From the human T2T-CHM13v2.0 reference genome, Homo sapiens, in contig CP068257.2 of the NCBI GenBank assembly GCA_009914755.4, positions 23,008,001 through 23,072,000 of the forward strand: 64,000 bases of DNA, read 5' to 3'. Of the stretch, positions 57,239-64,000 are shown piece by piece. Numbering within the stretch: position 1 is the first letter of the stretch; each line of letters opens with the position of its first letter. The notes under the pieces were generated by a model. That model was given only the letters and a program-made list of their open reading frames with translations, made no database searches and had not been told where the DNA came from. A program made the position numbers and the translations under genes.

Positions 57239-58567
57239 TTCCTTTCATGATTTATTAACCTACGCTTGATGAAATTGATCTGTTACTTCAAGGAAAGCTC
57301 AAATAGTCAGCATCTGCCTGTAATTGTGAGAGACCTAATTCTGAAGTCTGTAATTCAGGATCTTTCCAGAGCCTCCCGTAGAGCTTGTTGCTACATCTCC
57401 CCAGGTTCCCCTCTGGCCCAGAGAAGATAGTTTCTGCACTGATCTTCTTTTTCAAAGCTTTTCCTTATCACTAAACTCAATGAAACAGTCATCTGGCTTC
57501 AGAGACTTCCTCTGTTTCATGCAGAAAAGTGATTATTAAGTGATGTGTGCCTTAAAGAGAATTTTATATCTCTCCTTTTATTTACAAAGTATAAGAACAG
57601 TGATAGATGTTGTTTGTTATTGTTGCCTTTTTGTAATTTACATCCTTGGGCCTTTTATTTTCTCTCCTTAAACATCATGTATTTACATCAAGTAAAACCA
57701 GGCACCAACCTTGAGACAGTATTGTAACATAATATTTAATATTTAATTTAGGGAATATGAAAAGAATCTCCACCAAAATCTCAGTCACTAGTTGACCTAA
57801 TGGACACAATTATCTTAAGAAGCTAACTTGATCAATTATTTAACCATATCACTCTTTTTATAGATAGCTGAGGTATGGCATTTTAATAATTAATCAGGAA
57901 GGATACATATAATTTAATATCTATTTTGGAAAAAGCTTTCATATGGGTCTAAAGATCATTAAGCAATAAAATTTAAGTTGAGTTGGTACAACATAAATAC
58001 ATATACATGCTTCAAAGAAGATGGGTGAATTTTTACAGTACAGTGAAAAGAGGAACTGGATTAAGGAATAGTTAATAAGTTTTTCTGCTGAAGAAAGTTA
58101 TTTGGTTCCTATACCCAGAATACCCCATATCTTTATCTTTCATGAAGGCATTTCATCTCTTACTGACAAATCCCAAAGCAACATGTTACGTTCCCATCAA
58201 ATTAAAGCGAAGACCAGAGCTTCATTGACTCAAGAGAGAATCTGTACCTGATCAATGAACTGTCATTTGTATCTTCTAGAGCATATTAAAAGAAAATAAG
58301 GATTCCAACGTGTGACATTTCATAGATTTGTGCTTTTTGTTATAATGTATGTAGATTTCATGAGTTGTATGTACATTGTTTAACATATGCTTTGGAACAT
58401 TGCATTAATTCTGAAATTTAAAATCAGAAGACATGGCAATGGATAAAACATTTATATGCCTTTATATCATGAAGATACAGTTCCAGCTTTGTAATTTGGG
58501 TGACAAATGAGTAATAACTTTTTAAGTCAGTAAAAATATTTCATCTCTTTAGTCGGTGTCTGTGAAA

Positions 58568-58646
58568 CAGAGTGATAGAGAGAGAGAGAGAGATACAGAG
58601 AGAAAGAGAGAGAGAGAGACAGGGGCAGGGAGAGAGAGGGAGTGAG
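58568..58646. repeat. (GA)n polypurine microsatellite
   Basis: gatagagagagagagagagatacagagagaaagagagagagagagacaggggcagggagagagagggagtgag. Confidence 0.9.
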
Positions 58647-58877
58647 TCATGTGTTGCTATATAAGCTATATAACTTACTGTTTCATATATACCAGCTGGG
58701 TTTCTCATAACTACCAGTAGCTTCCATGGAAATTTCTTTTATAGGTTAGTGATATCAGACCACTGCAGTATAACAGTTTTCACTCCCAAATTATTACATG
58801 ACACACTAGAATTTTCACTGGTAGATGTTATAATTTAAGTCAGTATTGATTGTTCTATCCTTTTAAAGATCAGTTTC

Positions 58878-59714
58878 TTTTTCAATTTTTATTACAGGTT
58901 CAGGCAGGACATGTGCAAATTTGTTACAAAAGTATATTGTGTGATGCTGAGGTTTAAAGGACAAATGAATCTATCTCCTAGGTAGTGAGCATAGGTAATT
59001 TTTTAGTTCTTTCTTCTCTCATTCTCTCCCCACTCTTGTATTCCCCAGTGTCTATTGTTCTCATCTTTATGTCCATGTATACTCAGTGTTTAGCTCTCAC
59101 TTATAAATGAGAACATACAGTATTTGCTTTTCTGTTTCTGCATTAGTTTATTTAGGATAACAGAATCAAGCTGCTGCAAAAGCTGATTATATTCTTTTTT
59201 ATGGCCGCATAGTATTCCACGATATATGAACTACTTTTTCTTTATCCAGTCCAGAGTTGATGGGCACCTGGGTTGATTCCATGTCTTTGCTATTGTGAAT
59301 AGTGCTGTGATGAATCTACAGATGCATGTGTCTTGTTGGTAGAACAACTAATTTTCCTTTAGGGATATACTCAGTAATGGAATTGCTGGATGGAATGGTA
59401 GTTCGACTCTTTGTTCTATGAGAAGTCTCCAAAGTGCTCTGCACAATAGTTGGACTAATTTACATTTCTTCTGACAGTGTATGTGTTCTCCTTTCTCTGT
59501 AGCCTCACCAGCATCTGTTGTTTTTAAACTTTTTAACAAAGGCCATTATGACTGTTGTGAGATGGTATCTCATTGTGGTTTTGATTTGCATTTCTCTAAT
59601 GATTAGTAATAATCATCTTTTTTATGTTTATTGGCAGCTTGCATGTCTTCTTTTCAGAAGTGTCTGTTCATGTTCTCTGCTCACTTTTTAATGGAGCTGT
59701 TTTTTGCTTGTTAA
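58878..59714 (-). mobile_element. L1 (L1PB-like) direct 3' segment: 3' UTR plus last ~600 nt of ORF2, antisense. This is the tail-proximal part of a twin-primed insertion.
   Basis: The sequence tttttattacaggttcaggcaggacatgtgcaaatttgttacaaaagtatattgtgtgatgctgaggtttaaaggacaaatgaatctatctcctaggtagtgagcataggtaa…tatggccgcatagtattccacgatatatgaactactttttctttatccagtccagagttgatgggcacctgggttgattccatgtctttgctattgtgaatagtgctg…ggtatctcattgtggttttgatttgcatttctctaatgattagtaataatcatcttttttatgtttattggcagcttgcatgtcttcttttcagaagtgtctgttcatgttctctgctcactttttaatggagctgttttttgcttgttaag is the antisense of …[34 protein letters not shown]…[13 protein letters not shown]… to the 3' end. Confidence 0.85.
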
Positions 59715-61392
59715 GTTCCAAAAAAACTGAGGAAGAGAGACCCCGCCTTAATTCACTCTATAAAGCTAGCATCATTGTGATACCAAAACCTGGCAGGGAG
59801 GCAATGAAAAAGAAAAACTTCAAGCCAATATCTCTGAACACAGATACAAAAATTCTTAACAAAATATTAGCAAACTGAATCTAGCAGCACATCAAAAGTT
59901 AATTCCCCACAATCAAGTAGGCTTTATCCCTGGGATGCAAGGTTGGTTTCCACATATACAAACCAATAAATGTAATTCACCACATAAGCATAATTAAAAA
60001 CAAAAAAATGATCATCTCAATAGATGCAGAAAAAGCTTTTGATAAAACTGAATATTCTGTTATATTAAAAACTTCAACAAACTAGGCATCAAAGGAACAT
60101 ACCTCAAAATAATAAAATCTATTTATGACAGACTCACAGCCAACATCATACTCAATGGGCAAAAGCTGGAAGCATTCGTCTTGAGAACTGGAACAAAACA
60201 AGGCTGCCTACCATCACCAATCCTATTCGGTGTAGTACTGGAAGTCCTAGCCAGAGCAATTGGGCAAGACAAAGAAAGAAAAGGCGTCCAGATAAGAAAA
60301 GAAATAGTCAAACTATGTGTCTTCACTGACAATATTATTCTATAACTAGACAACCCTAAAGATTCTACCCAAATGTTCCTAGACTGATAAGCAACTTTAG
60401 TAAAGTTTTAGGATACAAAATCAATGTACAAAATCAGTAGCATTTCTATATACCAGTAACGTTCAAGTCGAGAGCCAAATCAAGAACGCAGTTCCATTTA
60501 CAGTAGCCAAAAAAGAATAAAATACTTAGGAATCTAGCTAACCAAGGAACTGAAAGATTTCTACAGAGAGAAATACAAAACAGTGCTAAAAGGAATGAGA
60601 GATGATACAAGCAAAAGGGAAGACATTCCATGCTTGGGGATAGGAAGAATCAAAATTGTTAAAATGGCCATACTGACCAAAGCAATTACAGATTCAGTGC
60701 TATTTCTAGCAAACTACCAACAAACTTTCCACAGATTTAGAAAAACTATTCTAAAATTCATATGAAACCTAAAAAGATTCCCAATAGCCCAAAGAGTCTT
60801 CAGCAAAAAGAACAAAGCCGGAGGCGTCACACTGTCTTTCTTCAAACTATACTGCAAGGCTGCTGTAACCAAAAGAGCATGATACAGGTAAAAAATAGAC
60901 ACATAGACCAATGGAACAGAACAGAGAACACAGAAATAAGGCCACTCACCTACAACCATTTGATCTTCGACAAGTCAACAAAATAAGCAGTAGAAAAAGG
61001 ACTCTCTAGTCAACAAATGGTGCTGGGATAACTGGCTAGCTGTATGTGAAAGAATGAAACTGGACCATTACCTATCATTATATATGAAAATTAACTCAGG
61101 ATAAATTAGTCACTTAAATGGTAGAACTCAAACTATAAAAATCCTAGAAGAAAACCTAAGAAATACCCTCCCTGATATCAGCCTTGGCAAATAATTTATG
61201 GCTAAGTCATCAAAAGCAAGTGCAACAAAAACAAAAATTGACAAACAGAACCTAATTAAACTAGAGGACTTTTGTCTAGCAAGAGAAACTATCAACAGAG
61301 TAAACAGATAACCTACAGAAAGGAAGAAAATATTCTCAAACTACACCTCCAATAAATGCTTAATTTTAAGGAAGGAAACATCCTAATATACA
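59715..61392 (+). mobile_element. L1 ORF2 reverse-transcriptase-region segment, sense on the + strand. This is the inverted 5' segment of the same insertion.
   Basis: Translates as …[45 protein letters not shown]…[21 protein letters not shown]…MIISIDAEKAFDK…[29 protein letters not shown]…KEDIPCLGIGRIKIVKMAILTKAI…[21 protein letters not shown]…WCWDNWLA…[31 protein letters not shown]…EKIFSNYTSNKCLILRKE. This corresponds to L1 ORF2 from about …TLPNSFYEASIILIPKPGRD… to …[21 protein letters not shown]. The supplied plus-strand ORFs 59624..59878, 60583..60765 and 60762..60986 are pieces of this. Confidence 0.85.
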
Positions 61393-64000
61393 TATCTTAG
61401 TTTTCAAATTTCTATTTTATTTAAATATGTTGTATTAGCTCTGCAATAAAATTACAAATAGTATTTCATCCTCTATTTTATCTGAAATCTCACATTTACA
61501 ACCAACCTCAAAGGCCCTGTTAAAATGTATCCTTTTAATTTATTTTCTTTTATTCCCATTGGATCTGCTGTGAAACACTATGCCTAAAACTATTTGGGAA
61601 GGGAAAAATGCAAGTAACAACTAACAAATGTATAGAATCTTTATTTTTGTGGTTAGGAAATTTTATTGCCAACTTAATGTTCATGATTCTTGTTTTATTG
61701 TCTGTTAACACACAGAAAGAGTCTTTAAAATGAGAATTTCTATTTTCATTGAAAATCAGTATTAACTGTACTTTGTACCATATCGTGGCAGTCTGTATTC
61801 AACTTACGAATGCTCTGCCTCCTGAGTGTGAGAGATAACAGGAATCCTACTGAGCTCATTATACTACTGGCCAGAGTGATTTGCTTATGGCCAAAGCAGA
61901 TAGATAAAGATATGCAATGCAAAGAATTGTCAGAAAGTCACACAATTAAATAGACTATTGTCATAATGTTATATATTACCAATGATTTTTGTTATAAATG
62001 TAATAATTACTTATTAAAACTATACTGATATACCTGTACACATATTTTTAAGTAATGAAAGCTTTACTCTCCCCACCACACAGACTTAAGAAAGAATTAC
62101 TGTTAAAAGTTTGTTGAATATTTGTACAAACTTTATTTAACTAGTCACCAAGAGAACTAGAGACATAGACATAGAATGACTAGGTAGTTTTAAGACATAT
62201 ACACAGCACACATTTAGGGTATGAATAAATCAACACTTCGGCCCATAACATGGACCAATTGGGGACAATTTTAGGCCATTGTTGCAAACACACACAAAAA
62301 TGAATCCCAGATAAATTAACAATTTTAAAGCAGTAACCATAATAATACAATAAAAAGTCAATAGCAGCTAACGTTTGTTTTCTTCTAGATAGTATTTTAT
62401 TGTATATGTATTAACTCATTTAATACAAACCCACTATGTTTTAAGTGCGATTATCTTGGTGCCATATTTAGTTGAGAAAACTAGGACATGTTAAGTAACT
62501 CGTCCAAGTTCATACAGCTTATAGAGGGTGAAAGCTGATTTAAGAATGATGACACCATAGAAAATTTGGTTCCCCCAGTTTTTGGCCCAAGGAAGAGCTT
62601 CTGTGATGTCTTGCATTTCCCTTTTTGCAACATTCATAACACTTACAGATATTTTACTATATCAGGTCAGCACCTGTTGTACAGATGGTCCAAACTCTGA
62701 CACTCAGAACAATTTCTAACTTATTTTTGATCCCTAATAGTGAGTGACTGATTTTCTTAGTCCCCCCCAAAATTGGCTTTCTAAATTGCCAATCGAAATT
62801 TCAGCAGTATCTGTTGGGCTGTTTATGATTATTCTTATTTTTTACTTTAAATAATGTCTTCTTTTTCTCTCATTTTTTTTCATAGCAATATGATTTTTCT
62901 TCACATATGAATCAGGCTTAGGAATCTTACTAATAAAATATTTACTTCATGTTAAAACTACTTTCCTTTCTTAAAATCATTATTGTTCATTTTGATCCTT
63001 TTGGCTCTAATAACTTAAAAGTGTTCCCATCACATTTTTCGGTATGTGAGCAAACGTTAAATGACATAGTGGGGTCGGTATTTGCAGCCTGTGGACTACA
63101 CCTGTGTATTGTGAAGTCCACTGAATGGACTTCTGGAAGATTCCAAATCCTGCCTCACCATCCCTTAGCATAAACTTAGTGAGGTGGGGAGCTCTGGTGA
63201 TCCGAGGGAAGTCTTCATCCTTTAAGGAGCCGGCAGTTGGGAATGGAGATCATGTCGACTTCTTTTGCTTCCATAACAAAGCTAAAAGATTTGGGGCATG
63301 AGGGTGCATCCAATGTGGCATGTATTGCCAACTTCATAAATGCTGATTATTTCCCAACAGCATCCCAAGAGTTGATGTTCCAGTCATGTCATCTGGGGAG
63401 AGAACTCTGATGAAATTCCGGAAGTCCGTTGTGCTGTGCGTTCTCTTGTCCCTAATTCATCTCTTCATCAGCCTCTGCCAGTGAGATCTCTGGATAACTG
63501 TGCCTTAGAGCTACGGTTGCCTGTGGGAAACAGAAAAGGGTTATCATTAAAGGAGCATCTGTTAGAGGGGTGTTCTTGTTCTGTTTTTGTTTTCTCAGCT
63601 TCTCTATTTGGTGTCCATTCATCACAAGGCAAATTATATTAACTATGTGTTCTTATTTTCTGTATTCTTTATGATCTGGCATTTGGGAACATCAGACCCA
63701 CTATAGACGCAGGGAGAGACTGCCCCTTCCAGGGTTAGCTAATTCTTAAATACAGCAACTTGTGTAAAAGCATGCCTTTCATATGCAAGCCAACCACTCT
63801 CTTTATCTCACCCTCACACACTAAGCCAATATTCTTCTGCTCTAAATCATCCCAAGCCTAGGTATCAGACAACTAGGGACAGCCTCTATCCCCCGAAGCC
63901 CACCAGAATTACTGAATCTAACCAATCCTAACCCATGCACCTTGTCCTGTCCTGCCTTTTCCACAGGAATCCCAATACAGACTCTGACTAAGGCTTCCCT

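Noticed and set aside
59624-60986. Possible intact reverse-transcriptase or endonuclease gene (L1 ORF2-like ORFs 59624..59878, 60583..60765, 60762..60986, 60123..60353)
   Set aside because: They are pieces of one degenerate L1 ORF2 interrupted by many stops and frameshifts, with every ORF under 90 aa. This is a dead retrotransposon segment, not a functional RT gene.

Overview
This window is primate, almost certainly human, nuclear DNA. It is not a prokaryotic locus, and I find no operons, CRISPR arrays, defence islands or credible protein-coding genes. The sequence is AT-rich and dominated by interspersed repeats. There are about 16 Alu elements or fragments (AluJ, AluS and AluY types); many have poly-A tails and short target-site duplications (TSDs) readable in the sequence. 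There are at least eight LINE-1 (L1) segments (L1PA-, L1PB-, L1MA- and L1M-like, on both strands), several ancient MaLR-type LTRs, and many microsatellites and short tandem duplications. Every ORF of about 100 aa or more in the supplied six-frame track is repeat-derived (antisense Alu read-through, L1 ORF2 remnants, low-complexity DNA) or random. The track should not be read as gene content. I cannot call exons reliably without splice or conservation evidence. The composition (L1-rich, AT-rich, no CpG island) suggests a gene-poor intergenic region or a large intron. The most interesting structures are mobile-element architectures. The first is an L1 insertion with the classic twin-priming 5' inversion, whose junction lies within the same about 20 bp of ORF2 (58878-61392). 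The second is a textbook nested insertion: a 5'-truncated L1 3' end inside an Alu, each with its own intact TSD (27081-28170). The third is a set of other head-to-head L1 fragment pairs that a single simple retrotransposition event does not explain. All coordinates are approximate (about +/-10 bp). Repeat family names come from recalled consensus sequences, not from a database search.
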